A DNA stretch of 64,000 nt, from assembly GCA_964016885.1 (NCBI GenBank), contig OZ024740.1:149544001-149608000 (forward strand), read 5' to 3'. Position 1 is the stretch's first letter; each line of letters begins with the position of its first letter. Shown here piece after piece: positions 13,881 through 27,488 of this stretch. A program made the position numbers and the translations under genes. The notes under the pieces were generated by a model. That model had not been told where the DNA came from and did no database searches. It worked only from the letters and a program-made list of their open reading frames with translations. This DNA is from Eledone cirrhosa. Its lineage: Eukaryota.

Positions 13881-14546
13881 AAACCAAGCTTGTTTGGCGA
13901 GGTGCGTGATTTTGGACCCTGCAGGATGAAAAACAAACCTATCAAAGGGCGGCGAATCACAGAATAGTCAACGGTCATCCAATAAAGTGCTTTTTTTTGT
14001 GGAGCGAAACACTCCTAGTCTTCATTAAGACATCTCTGATATAAAACCCTGCCACTTCATTTGCATCCAATGTTGTAGACCAGTTCTTCTTTGGGGGAAA
14101 ATGTATTCGATGTTCAGAGAGTGGGATTGGCCCCGTGCAAAGCCTTTCCTCACTTAAAAAAGCTTCAAGTACTGGCATCGTTTGATATGTGACATTTTTT
14201 GTGAAGCATGGTATTGCAGGCCATAGGCAAGAACCTAGCAGGGCTAAAAAGCCACGTCCATAACGCTCATGCTTAAGTATCAAGCGATGGCATTACTCGA
14301 AATCGAGTTGCATGTATATATGTATGTTCGTACGTATATATGAACGTATGAATGTATATATGAATGCATGTATAAATGTATATCTGCTTTTTAACGTCTA
14401 TTACTATCTACGGTACATCTATACGTACGTACCTATGTATGTATGTCAAAGAGTGAATAAACTCAAGAACAGACTATGTGCATATGAAATTTGATACTCT
14501 AAATTGAAACCCATTGTGCTTGTGATCTCCGTCTAGCGTGTCATTA

Positions 14547-14790
14547 TCTATATATCTAAAACAGAGAATGTCTATCTGTCTGTCAGCTCACTAAAACTCG
14601 GGAACCACCCAACCAATTGTTTTCAAACTTTACACATGTAATACTTATGGTCCTGTGAGTGTTGTGAGGAAAGAAATTTCAAATTTTCAATGCCCTAGGG
14701 ACCGCATTAGGCGATTTAGCGATCTCTCTCTATAATTCTTAGTCTTTCTTTTTAGATAGATACATAGATATAACGTTGCGCCCTTATAAT
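14547..14790 (+). mobile_element. Non-autonomous Helitron 5' segment
   Basis: A|TCTATATATCTAAAA..CTGTCTGTC..CAACCAATTGTTTTCAAACTTTACACA, typical Helitron 5' end; no 3' end seen. Confidence 0.45.
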
Positions 14791-15100
14791 TGTTTCTACG
14801 TTTGGCACAAGGCCAGCAATTACCCAGTGCATTACTGGTACTTTCTGTCTGTATGTCTGGCTGTCTGCATTACGACATTATGACGCGGTGTGTGTGTGTG
14901 TATCTATATATATATATATAGTGTATATATATATATATATAGTGTGTAACGTTTTTCGAAATATTTACTTCTGCGTTCACAGATTGATTTTTTTTTAGTT
15001 TTAGAAGATCCCGTTAAGGGTGAAAGCAACGATTCTTTGCTTAAACTTTAATCTGTTATTTTAATATATATATATACGTGATATATTTAATATATATATA

Positions 15101-15918
15101 TACGTGATTGATTCTTTTGAATTTGCCACCGACCAAGTAGGCAGTGATTTTCTCAATGGCTTGGAACTTAGTCCACGCTTTGCTTTTTTCCAACCACTGA
15201 ATTATTTTTGTATAAGTTCTCTGTGTCCACGCATTGCCTGGGAACTTAGCTGAGAATAGACTTCCCTGATGACGAAAGGATTTCTCCATGCGTTCCTTCG
15301 GAAACCATGTTTATTCCCTTTCAGAAACTAATTAGTTGGAGTGAAATTTTAGTAAGTTAATTTTTATAATTTTCTTATTTTACGTCTTTCATATTATTGT
15401 TCTGCATCACCTTGCATTGAACCACAAAGTTACTAAGACAAAACCTATATATTTGCTAGCATAGGTATGCATCTGTATATATATGTTGGTAGATATACTA
15501 ATTCTTTATAATTATCTCCAAATTATTTTGTTGAGCAAAAATTTGCCAAAACTGCTACTAGAGTTCATAGTAATGGTTCGGCTGCTGTCTTCTTAACACA
15601 CCACTCCTCACTGATTAACCTCGATGTCACGTGATTGATTCTTTTGAATTTGCCACCGACCAAGTAGGCAGTGATTTTTTTCAATGTCTTGGAACTTAGT
15701 CCACGCTTTGCTTTTTTCCATCCACTGAATTATTTTTGTATAAGTTCCCTGTGTCCACACATTGCCTGGGAACTTAGCTGAGAATAGACTTCCCTGATAA
15801 CGAAAGGATTTCTCCATGCGTTCCTTCGGAAACCATGTTTATTCCCTTTCAGAAACTAATTAGTTGGAGTGAAATTTTAGTAAGTAAGTTAATTTTTATA
15901 ATTTTCTTATTTTACGTC

Positions 15919-15923
<5 letters not shown>
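15101..15923 (+). repeat. About 527-bp unit in 1.55 tandem copies with HHR-like motif
   Basis: 15101-15392 repeated at 15629-15923; CTGATGA-CGAAAGGA..TCCTTCG-GAAA-CCATGT at 15266-15310; (TA)n on both sides. Confidence 0.7.
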
Positions 15924-15959
<36 letters not shown>

Positions 15960-16559
15960 GTGCTGCGCTGTTGCCAATATGAACATATGAATGAAAATAG
16001 ACCGAGAAACAAGAATGTCCTTCATCAGTAGTCTGCTGATAATCATTGGTATTACTTCGCATTAAAGACTAGATACCTAAAATCAGTACGAGCGATAACT
16101 AAATAAATTTATGGGGACAGAGGAAAGTAAACAAACAACATGGTAGTAATGCAACGTAAGGAGAGACAAGTCAATGAATCTTGTGGGCTTAAGTTCGACA
16201 AATCAAATGACGAGAAGAAATAGACGCGTCCGAGCCACGCGAAAAGTGAGAGAGGAAAGAATTTCATGCAGGTCAGACGGGAGGAAGTGAGAGAGGGGGA
16301 GTAGCAGAGAGTGAGTGAGTGAAAGTGTGAGGAAGGGGCCAGCTGAGAGTGTGTGACCAGCAGCGGGGGTGGAAGAAAGCAAGAGGTAAAGGGGAGAGAA
16401 GGTGACAGAAAAAATATGAACCACAGCGAAGGGAAAACATATATGTGAATGAAAAATGGCGTGCTCTCTCCCCCTTCTGTGGGTGTCGATAGTCTCTCTT
16501 CTTTTTTCAATCCCATTACCGTCACTTACCTCTGTGTTACTGTCATTATCTGTTTTCTG

Positions 16560-17700
16560 TGTCTGTGTGTCTGTTAAGATTGTGGTGGTGATGAGTGGCA
16601 TAGGATGTGTGTGTGATGTTGCTGTTGATGTGTGTTGTTGTTGTTGTTATTGTTGTTGTCTCTGTGTATGTTGTTATTATTGTTGTGTGTGTTGTTGTTG
16701 TTGTTATCGTTGTTTGTGTCTGTGTGTCTGTTGTTGTTGAGATGTGTGTTGTGTGTGCGTATGTTGTTCGTGTTGTTATTTTTGTTTTTGCTTTTGTTGT
16801 TGTTTTTGAAGCTCCAACGTAATTTTGTAAATGATTTTTCTATTTCTGACAAGCATCTTATCATATTTACCTTATTATATGTGGCATATTTAGGTGGTAG
16901 CTGTAATATGGATAGTTCATCAGTGTCCACTGTAGTGTTGTCGTATATATTTGTGTTGTTGTTGTTGAATTCGTCCATTAATGAGACGTCGGCCATGTTT
17001 ATACCATCAATCCTATCTGGATATATATCTCTATTTTCTGAAGTTTCTTGGTTTAGTTTCATCTGTTTGAGCCACGTTAATTTCTTGTTAAAGTGTTTGT
17101 TGCATTCTTGGATGATGTACTTTTCTTCTTCGTGTATAATGTTTATGTATTCTAATTTTTCTCTTTGTGTGGTTATTTCTCGTATTAGGTTACGCTTATG
17201 TTTTTCTTAATGACTTAATTCTCTGTAAATCTTTTTTATGTTTAGAATTAGTGTTCGTTTTAGTCTACAACTTACCAAAAAACAAGCAGATAATCTTCTT
17301 ACATCGGTGTTGGTGTAAACTCAGGATGAGGCACATTCTTTTATGAAGTGTAGTTGTCGAGCTGCTATTGTTTTCCTTAGGCAACAGAACATGGTGGTTT
17401 TCAGTATCTTGTTAGTTTGGCTAAAGCTTACGATATTTCGTTTCTGAATTTGTTTAGCAAGATTCTTTATCTGAAAACGTGTGTTCAAAAAGATATTGTT
17501 ATACTTTGGGAGGGTCATGTTGCCAATAAGAAACACACGCACCAGATGCTTTCACTCCAATTTATTATAAATTTAATTATAAATAAAAAAATAAAAAAAA
17601 TATAAGTTTCCGGTTGATTGGTTCCACAACCGGACGGTTGTTCATATATTGTCGAAATTCTTTCGTCACAATTCTGTGACCTCTTCAGTGACTGGGGATT
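16560..17700 (-). mobile_element. Penelope-like element 5' part (pLTR + ORF N-terminus), inverted relative to 17701-19686
   Basis: 17107-17700 is the reverse complement of 19098-19686; continues into DELSILQLPPKYA..IEKSFTKLRW, the PLE N-terminal motif. Confidence 0.85.
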
Positions 17701-18908
17701 ATTTCCTATTCATGGTATGGTGGGAGAATAAAGTTAAAGAACAATTAGAAGACAGCAACCTCTTAACCCTGATAATGCACTCTCGCTACGTTGATGATAT
17801 AAACATTGTAGTAAAAACACCCCCACTAGAGAACAGTCAGAAATTAGAGAAAAACACCATGGAAAGCATCCAGCAAATAGCTAACTCCATCCACCAGAGT
17901 ATTAGAGTTACTATAGACTACCCAAGCAAACACCCCAACCATCGATTACCTGTACTAGACACAGAGCTCTGGTTAGATACTATCAATAACAAAAAACAGA
18001 TCCTCCATTCCCATTATGCCAAACCCATGACTTCCAAATATCTGATCCACCGAAACTCAGCTGTTTCGGACCACACCAAAATCAACACACTGATTGCGGA
18101 TTTGGTACGGGTGATGAGAAACGTGTCCCGCATGTGCAACCCCAAAGAACTAGAGAGACACATACAACACTTCATCCACCGTATGCAGTTCTCTGGTTAC
18201 AATCAGAGAGATAAGATCAGAGTATGTAGAGGAGCCAGAACCAAATGGGAAAAAATGTTAAATAATGATACAAATGGGACCTGCCTCTTGTATAGGAGCA
18301 AATTTTGGAATAGAATAGAAAGAACTAGGAATAAGATTAATAGAATAAACTCATGGTATGATAGCAATAAATACCACAGTGTAATGTTCCTCGATACAAT
18401 CCCTAGAGGTGAATTAGCTTACAAATTCAGAAGGGCCCTAGATAAACATAAACTCAATATTAAGATAGTAGAAAGACCAGGTACCTCCATAAAAACACTT
18501 ATTAGCAATACATACCCTTTTCAAAGACCTCTCTGTATAGAAAAGAAATGTATAATCTGTAAATTAAGCCCCCATATTAACTGTAAACCTAGAAATGTAG
18601 TATATAGCATAAGATGTACTGAAGGACAATGTAGAGATAAGAATGTAGTGTACATAGTTCGTAGTATCGGAGAACGGATAAATGAACACTGGCGAGAGCT
18701 TCAAGATAGTAAAGAATCATCTGTACTCTACCAACATGCTAAAATAGAACATAAGGGTAAATTAGAGAACATAGAAATAAAAACAGAATCTACACACAGA
18801 AAAGACGCAATGTTTAGACAAATCACAGAGGCAATAAACATAAATGAACTCCAACCAAAATTAAATAGAAAACATGAATGGAATAGCAACATCACAACTT
18901 ACAATTAA
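17701..18908 (+). pseudogene. Penelope-like RT C-terminal half + GIY-YIG endonuclease (Neptune-like), 5'-truncated
   Basis: SRYVDD, LPVLD, HYAKP..YL...SA, Cys linker, NVVYSIRC..C..YI(GET missing)..RINEH..H..H, RQITEA..I..LN. Confidence 0.9.
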
Positions 18909-19104
18909 GGACAAAATGAAAACACACACACATAGAACAAACAACCAACCAGTAACATGTAAATAAACAAATAAATATACAAATATAAACACACACAGAC
19001 ACCCGGATGTAACATATGCGCAAACTAAGCACACAACACACACAAAAACAAGATGGCGTAGGACAGAACAAAGGAGAGGCACAAAAACAAAGAAAAGAAT
19101 CCCA

Positions 19105-19147
19105 GTCACTGAAGAAGTCACAGAATGTGTGACGAAAGAACTTTGAC
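19105..19147 (+). ncRNA. Minimal type I hammerhead in PLE pLTR
   Basis: GTCA-CTGAAGA-A-GTCACA gaatg TGTGAC-GAAA-GAAC-TT-TGAC; inverted copy near 17651-17692. Confidence 0.7.
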
Positions 19148-19686
19148 AATATATAAACAATCATCTGGTTGTGGAACCAGCCAACCAACCGGAAATTTAT
19201 AAATTCCTAAATTTATTGATTTAATTTATAATAAATTGAAGTGAAAGCATCTGGTGCGTGCGAATCTTATTGGCAACATGACCCTCCCAAAGTATAACAA
19301 TATCGGTTTCAACACACGTTTTCAGATAAAGAATCTTGCTAAACAAATTCAGAAACGAAATAGCGTAAGCCTTAGCCAAGCTAACAAGATACTGAAAACC
19401 ACCATGTTCTGTTGCCTAAGGAAAACAATAACATCTCGACAACTACACTTCATAAAAGAATGTGCCTCATCCCGAGTTTACACCAACACCGATGTAAGAA
19501 GGTTATCTGCTTGTTTTTTGGTAAGTTATAGACTAAAACGAACACTAATTCTAAACATAAAAAAGATTTACAGAGAATTAAGTCATTAAGAAAAACATAA
19601 GCGTAACCTAATACAAGAAATAACCACACAAAGAGAAAAATTAGAATACATAAACATTATACACGAAGAAGAAAAGTACATCATCC

Positions 19687-21510
19687 ATACGGACAGTTCA
19701 TTAACCGAAAGCCCCCAAGAGATATGTGAAATACTGAACGAACAGTACAAAAGTGTGTTCACATGTCCACTGAGGCACATGCAAATAACGAAGCCATAGC
19801 AGTTCTTTGCTGCTACAACATTACATGAAGAAATGGCGACCATCAACCACATAGACATAACGGAGGAGGATGTGGTGTACGCCATAGATGAAATTAGAAC
19901 AGACTCAGCTGCTGGACCTGATGGATTCCCAGCAGTTCTCTTAAAAACAGGTAAGCGTGCCTTAGCAACTCCACTGAAGATGCTCTTCAGAAGCTCCTTG
20001 GCTAGCGGTGTACTACCCAGGGAGCTGAAATGAGGCACAATATGCCCTATCCATAAAGGAAGTAGCAGAGCGGAGGCCAAAAACTATAGGCCAGTCTCTA
20101 TGACGTCGCATATCAGTAAGGTCATGGAGCGAGTCGTCAGAAAGAAACTGATCACTTTCCTCGAGGAAAATGACCGCCTGACTAGCACGCAACATGGCTT
20201 CCGCCCAGGATGAAGCTGCCTTACACAGCTGCTACATCACTACGACTGGGTACTGAAACAACTACTAGACAGCTCACATGTGGACGTGATATATCTTGAC
20301 TTTGCGAAGGCCTTTGACAAGGTCGACCACGGAATGATATGTCACAAACTACACGAACTGGGCATAACTGGAAAAGTAGGTGAGTGGCTGCATGACATCC
20401 GAAAGGACAGAAGCCAGACAGTCGCAGCAAATGGGGCCCTCTCAAAGGAAACACCAATAACAAGTGGGGTGCCCCAGGGGACAGTCCTGAGACCACTACT
20501 GTTTTTGGTGGCTCTGTCAGACATGCCCTCTGTAGTACATACAACAACATCCCCCACTAGCTATGCTGATGACACTAAGGTAGCACAGGCAATCAAAAAA
20601 CCCGGCTGACGCTGCCCTTTTACAACAAGATCTGGATGCCATATACAAATGGGCGGAAGAAAACAACATGCAGTTTAATGCTGGCAAATTCCAAGCCCTA
20701 CAGTACAAACCTCCAAACAAACCTGCAAACACAAATATAGTACAACACAACTACACAGGACCATGAGGGACCGATATCCCCGTGTCAAAATCGATACGAG
20801 ACCTGGGCATAGACATGAGCGATTATGCATCTTTTTCCTCACCCATTATGAAGGTGGCGACAATGTGCAGACAACTCGCTGGCTGGATCTCGAGGATTTT
20901 CCGGACAAGAGACCGAGACACCATGTTGCACTATGGAGGACATTTGTCCTAAGCCGCCTGGACTACTGCTCCCAGTTGTGGTCACCCCATAGTGTCAAAC
21001 TAACCACGGAACTTGAGGCAATCGAGCGAAGCTACACCAAGAGGATTGCCACGATAAAGGAGACAAGCTACTGGGAGAGGCTAAAGGAACTGAACCTCTA
21101 CTCCTTGGAACGAAGACGGGAGAGATACGCAGTGATCTACATGTGGAAAATCCTGGAGGGACTAGCACCAAACTTTGGCATTGGGAGCTGGACCAACCGT
21201 CGAACAGGAGCAGGTATTGCAATACCCTGGGATTCAAAGGCCCTCAACTCTTCAAAAAGCTGCCGAGGGATCTGAGAGATTTGCATGACGTGGAGGTGGA
21301 TGTCTTCAAGAAACACCTCAACACCTTGCTATCCAGGATCCCGGATGAGCCCACAGCAAGGCACGAGGGAAAAATAAGGGCAGCAGCAACAAACTCCCTC
21401 TTACACCAGTGGCCAACCTATACAGGCAGGAGATAAAATGTGTAGCAACAAGGGCGGTGCCCTAGCATGGCCTCAGCCGGATGGCTGAAACAGGTAAAAG
21501 AGTAAAAGAA
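19687..21510 (+). mobile_element. CR1-clade LINE, 5'-truncated and decayed
   Basis: SAAGPDG, NYRPVSMTS, QHGFRPG, DVIYLDFAKAFDKVDH, SGVPQG, YADD, SRLDYCSQLWSP, LYSLERRRER; short tandem tail GTAAAAGA. Confidence 0.92.
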
Positions 21511-21530
21511 TATATATATATTAATATATA

Positions 21531-21606
<76 letters not shown>

Positions 21607-21607
<1 letters not shown>

Positions 21608-23042
21608 CGAAGGAAATGTGCTAACGAACCAGGTGGACCATAACGCACCAAAGTACTCAATACTTAGGGTAGTAGAGTTGGTAATAGGAACGAGTAGGAC
21701 CCCGACGGCTGAGCTCAAGCCGTTTCGACGGCTAATTCTGGACTAAATGAACATTTTTATCCTGGTATATGAATAGCCGAGCTTCTCAGGGGGTAATTCC
21801 ATATATGGTCAAAGTGATTGTCACAAGGATTGGTCAAAAGTTTGTTGTTGAGACACACAATTCTATCATGGCAATTTGTGGCAGGAAGGGGTAGCTGAAC
21901 CTGCCAGTAGAAGAAAGAGGGTGAGGGGGTGGAGGAAACCCAGTCGTGCGTTGATAGTGCCAACTACAGCAGGGCAGGAGGTCAAGGAAGTATACTAGGG
22001 AGGGGGAGGGCGAGGAAGTCGAAAAAATAAGTAAAACAATATGGGGTAAATATATAGAAAAATACCGAGAATGTTAAAAAAACAATTAAATATTAAAAAA
22101 AAAACAAAAAAAATTTTGGTTACTATTCCCCAAGGACAGCTATCAAGTCTCTCACTGGTACTGCTAGACTAAAGAAAAGTTTACTAGGTGGGACGGAATT
22201 ATAATGAGACCCTTTTAAGAGGTAGTAGTAATCAACCGAGTATATCTTACGGTGACGGGTCAACAAGTGGGGGGCCAAAATACTAAAGAAACTACCACGA
22301 AATAATAATTCAGAGTCCCGAGACTAATACGAAATAACTGTTTCCACCCCAGGCACAAGGCCAGCAACCACCCAGTGCAAAAAAATAAACTAATACGAAA
22401 TAATAATTCAGAATCCCGAAAAAGAATACTAATACTATCTCTATGGGTGCCGCTACGATACAAAAATTCTAGTGCCAACTACATAAATGCTCGTAAGAAG
22501 TATATGATAAATTTGATACGGAAAATTAATTAAGAATCCCCCCCCCCCCAAAAAAAAAATACTGATATACGAGAAATTAAAGCAAAGATACCACTAAGAA
22601 ATGTAGAAAGCACGGAAAAGGGGCAGCCATCGGATAAGAAGGCAAGTATCCGGGGTCTATCACATCTGCTATAAAAAGCGGAGTCGACCAAATCTATCAT
22701 AGAATAGGGGAAGGGGTGGGGGTACTGAGGCTACAAAGGACCGAGGGGCTGCCTCGGGTGGGCGAGAAAGTGAAAAGGACGAAGACAAAGAAAGAGGACT
22801 GGGGTGGAAGGACTAGGAAGGGATGGGGGAAGAAGGAAATATAGAGGAAGCGATAAAAAGATATAAAAGAAGATCTTATGTCTACTTTTGCAAGCAGGGG
22901 TTACCCATTACAAAGTCGGCAAGTGGGGTGTTACAGCCCTTGTCTACCCCCCCCCCCCCCCGGGTCATTATGGGGTTTGAGGGCGAGGTAAGTCCTACGC
23001 AATCTGTGTTTGCATGCAGTTACCAGTTCATATTTCTTTCAT
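21607..23042 (-). mobile_element. Inverted pLTR/3' UTR of the Naiad-like PLE at 23043
   Basis: 21607-21678 is the reverse complement of 23043-23114; abuts (TA)n; same family as 30606-30817. Confidence 0.7.
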
Positions 23043-23059
23043 CTCTACTACCCTAAGTA

Positions 23060-25170
23060 TTGAATACTTTGGTGCGTTATGGTCCACCTGGTTCCTTACC
23101 ACATTTCCTTCGTTATCTAGCTCCTATTCCCGTAGTAGAGCACTTTCCGACCCTACCACGCCGTATCCAGACTTTTCCGCTAAGCTCAAGTTCTTTCACC
23201 CGCACCATGCGAAAACACAACATCGACTTCTCTACCAAGAACATCCCAGTTCCACCGAAAAAACTTTACCTTCGGATGCTCACGCAAAAAATCGATCTAT
23301 TTGCGAAAAGACTTAGATGGAGAACTTTTTTCTACGACAGATATTGCGACAACCATGACTTCGGTACCAAGGAGAGATTCGGATTTAATACCTACAAATC
23401 TCTACCTCCGAACCCTATGCTCTCACCCTTCGAGAATGACCTTTTCCAACTGGTCAAGAACATTAAATTCAAACCCAGACACAACCGATTCCTACAAAAA
23501 CTCCGTAGCAACTTAACAGAGTATGATAACACCAATGACATCATGGTGCACTCGGATAAAACTGGTAACCTCTACTTCGTCAACCCCGACAGATACCACA
23601 CACTGATCAGAAGCAGCCTAAACTACACCTATAAAAAGGCTAACCACTCATGCATCGAGGACATAAATCGAGATGGACAACAAATTACCTCCAGCCTCGG
23701 GGTCGCCGACCGCACGGAACCCCTAGACCCACGGACACCCTACTTCACACTGAAGGACCACAAATCCGATTTCGACCGTAAACCTTCTATCAGGCTTATA
23801 AACCCAACGACGTCCGACATAGGGAGAATCAGCAAAAAAATCCTAGACCGCGTTATACCAAAAGTTAAGCAACACGCCAGACTTAGCCTATGGGTCAACA
23901 CCCAGGAAGTAATCTCATGGTTCAGCAATATGGAGGACAAACGAGACACTAAATTCATCCAGTTTGACATAGAGAGTTACTATGCTTCAATTACCTTACC
24001 GCTACTTACGGCTGCCTTGGACTTCGCCGAAACACTTGCGCCCTTCACCGACCAGGAAAGAAACATCATCCTCCACGCCAGGAAGACAGTCCTACTCTTC
24101 GACAACTCCAAGTGGATAAAGAGAGCTCCCGACTCACCCTTCGACGTCAGCATGGGCGCGACTGATTCGGCTGAGGTCACAGATCTTATAGGATTATTCC
24201 TACTAGCTAAATTCACCGATATGTTTCCTGCATTCGGCGGTGGATTGTACCGTGATGATGAGCTCCTTACCCTTAAAGGGTACAACCCCAGTAGTACAGA
24301 CCGGGTCGGTAAACAATTAATAAGCTTATTCCGCGACTGGGGATTTAAAATAACCCTACAAACGTCCCTGACCCGAGTAAACTTCCTGCACGTTACCCTT
24401 GACCTCGATAAGGATCTGTACTACCCATACAGGAAACCCAACGACAACCTGCACTACATCCACCGCCGGTAAAACCATCCTAGGAACATCACCAATAACC
24501 TGGGTAAAAACATCTCCCTCCGCATATCTCGTTTGTCCGCTAATGAGCAGATATTCGAGGAACATGCGCCTTATTACAACCAGGCCCTCAAGCGGAGTGG
24601 TTTCCGGGAGGAAATATCCTACTGTCCAGCTTCCATTAGCGGAACCAGCAGGCGACACCGCCACTCACGCAATGTAACATGGTTCAATCCTCCCCACAAC
24701 GCCGAGGTGACAACTCCTATCGGGAAAATCTTCTTTAGGCTCATTGAAAAACACTTCCCACTACAACACCGCTACCACAACATAATTAACAAAAATACCA
24801 TCAAACTCTCCTACAGCACCACACCAAACTTTGCACAAAACATCGTTTCCTCTAATAACAAAAAACTCAACCCCTATGGAAGAAATAACCTAAATAGCCG
24901 ACCAGGGGGTGCAACTGTCCCGATGGATCCGTTTTCCCCCTCGACAACAGATGCAGAGATCGTAATGTGATCTACCAGTGCAACGTGAGGACGGACACCT
25001 CCAACAAGGCTTATATAGGATTAACCACATGTGACTTCAAGACCCGGCTATGCCAACACAGACATACCTTCCGAAACACGGCCCGGCGTCACGCCACCAC
25101 ACTTTCGGGTCACATCTGGGACCTCAAGGATAACAATATTATCTATGATCTCACTTGGAGCTTACTGTCC
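23060..25170 (+). pseudogene. Naiad-like Penelope element ORF (RT + Cys knuckle + GIY-YIG), nearly full length
   Basis: KNIPVP, KRLRWR, SDKTGNLY, TLKDHK, RLINP, FDIESYY, FDVSMG, GLYRDD, WFNPP, CNC..P...C, YIGLT, FKTR..H; stop at 24472, frameshift near 24900, 3' end replaced by CR1. Confidence 0.9.
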
Positions 25171-25371
25171 TCTACTCCTTGGAGCGAAGACGGGAGAGAT
25201 ACGCAGTGATCTACATGTGGAAAATCCTGGAGGGACTAGCACCAAACTTTGGCATTGGGAGCTGGACCAACCGTCGAACAGGACATCACTGTGTGGTGCC
25301 AAAGGTCCCGTCTTCCACATCTAGAATAAGGAGCAGGTATTGCAATAGCCTGGGATTCAAGGGCCCTCAAC
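25169..25371 (+). mobile_element. CR1 fragment (same family as 19687-21510)
   Basis: Near-identical to 21094-21248 plus 49 extra bp. Confidence 0.88.
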
Positions 25372-26182
25372 ATATTTTAAATAGACCAATGAAATACATA
25401 AAAATTCATCAAGAAAATACAGTTAGGTGTATGTATATATGTAAGTAAATTCGTTCACAGATATGCATAAAAATGTATGTTCACAAGCATACGCATGTCG
25501 AAAAAGTGTATGTAAATATAAAATTTAGGGCTAATGTATCTGTATGTTTATAATCTACAGACAAAATATACATACATATACATATATATATACACATACA
25601 TATATACACACATATACATACATTCACACACACACACACGCATATATACATAAACACACACATTCCTACGAACACACATATATATACACACACACACACA
25701 CACATACGTATATATTATTATTATAACTATATGGATATTGAGGCGCACACATAAACACGGCCACACACACTTACATTTAGATGCAGAATTAAAAGGAGGT
25801 AAGGGAGTAAGTAATTAAAGGAGAGTGTCAAACTCAGCATATTTATAAAAATGTATCTATAAAGTTAGAAATAAAAAAAAAATTTTTATAGAAGGAAAAA
25901 ACTTAAACACGGGGGCACAAAAAATAAGGGGGGGGGGATACGTACATACACAGACGCGAATGTCTCAAAAAAGAAATATAATATGAAAAAAACATAAAAA
26001 AACATAAAAGAGAGACATAAAATATACATGCTTATATACATACGCACATTTACACATCCATACGTTCGATACATACATACGTACACACACACACATACAC
26101 ATACTTAACCTCACACATATTAACCTGTTTGTATGCATATACATAAAAACAAGTAAAACATATACTCATACATATAAATACA

Positions 26183-26231
<49 letters not shown>

Positions 26232-26450
26232 ACACAACCCACATATATACATATATTTACACACACATACACACATACATACACATACATATATATATAT
26301 ATATACACACATATATATACACACATATATACACATACACATACATATACATATATATACATACACACACACATACCCATGTATATATACACACAACCAC
26401 ACACACACACACACTCAGACATACATAAATATAGAGACATACATACACAC

Positions 26451-26503
<53 letters not shown>

Positions 26504-26595
26504 TTTTGAATGCATCTCTTCTTTCCATGATATCCGGATTACATTGAGTTCTTCATACGGATTGGACACTACCGTAAACTTTTGGTAGATTTATC

Positions 26596-26629
<34 letters not shown>

Positions 26630-27115
26630 TAAATTGAAACAAAATGAAAACGAAATTTCATTTCTCACTCTTAGTATGGCACTTACTTAAATGTAAGTAT
26701 GCATGTATACGTACATACATATATGTATACAGACGTACAGTAGCATGCACATATATATATATATATACATATATACATACATATGCATACAGGTACACAT
26801 ACATATATGCACGTATCAGTTTAGCGGCGCTAACGTCGCTTTGTTCGTTTGTATGAAACTAGTACATCGTTCCTGTGTCAGTGTTGAACAAAAAGGTGAC
26901 GTGGTTGCCTTAACACCGTATGGGATAAATTCAGGCTGTTCAGTTTGTTTACATACAAACGAACAAAGCGACGTTAGCGCCGCTAAACTGATACGTGCAT
27001 ATATGTATGTGTACCTGTATGCATATGTATGTATATATGTATATATATATATATATGTGCATGCTACTGTACGTCTGTATACATATATGTATGTACGTAT
27101 ACATGCATACTTATA
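26630..27115. repeat. Fold-back fragment of retrozyme-like subfamily B
   Basis: Inverted arm 26630-26853, forward arm 26854-27115 starting at TGAAACTAGTA; matches 43862-44181. Confidence 0.88.
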
Positions 27116-27488
27116 TATTAATATATTAATGAAAAAGAACAAAGGAACTATTATGACATTACAACAAGTTTATTGCCGACAGCTTTATGCACTTATTGAG
27201 GGATTTTTTAAGGTGCTTCTACGAGGTCCCAAGTCCTTTACTTTTAATGCGTAAATTATAAATTATCTAATTTTTAACCTTCAATCCCTAACTCTTAGGC
27301 CCTCTTCAAATTCTCTTAACACCCCATAACCCATCCCTTTTACAACTCCGACAACCAATATAAAAGAGCCCCCTTAGAATATAGACCCCAAATATACAAA
27401 CGGAGCTGCTGATGTATACCACAATTTCAAACTGCTAATCTTGAGTGAAACGTTGATGTAAATAATGAACTTACAATCACATGTTATA

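Noticed and set aside
13890-14305. Possible LINE 3' fragment on minus strand
   Set aside because: No diagnostic motif I could confirm
16015-16035. CTGATGA on minus strand
   Set aside because: No downstream GAAA or closing stems
21715-21800. Minus-strand HHR in Naiad pLTR (CTGAGAA..CGGCTATTC/GAATTAGCCG..GAAAC)
   Set aside because: Core, stem I and stem III are degenerate; plausible relic only
24900-25030. Selenocysteine (in-frame UGA) as reported for some Naiad PLEs
   Set aside because: Cys positions in all three Naiad-like ORFs read TGC/TGT or are missense; no aligned UGA seen and no SECIS identified
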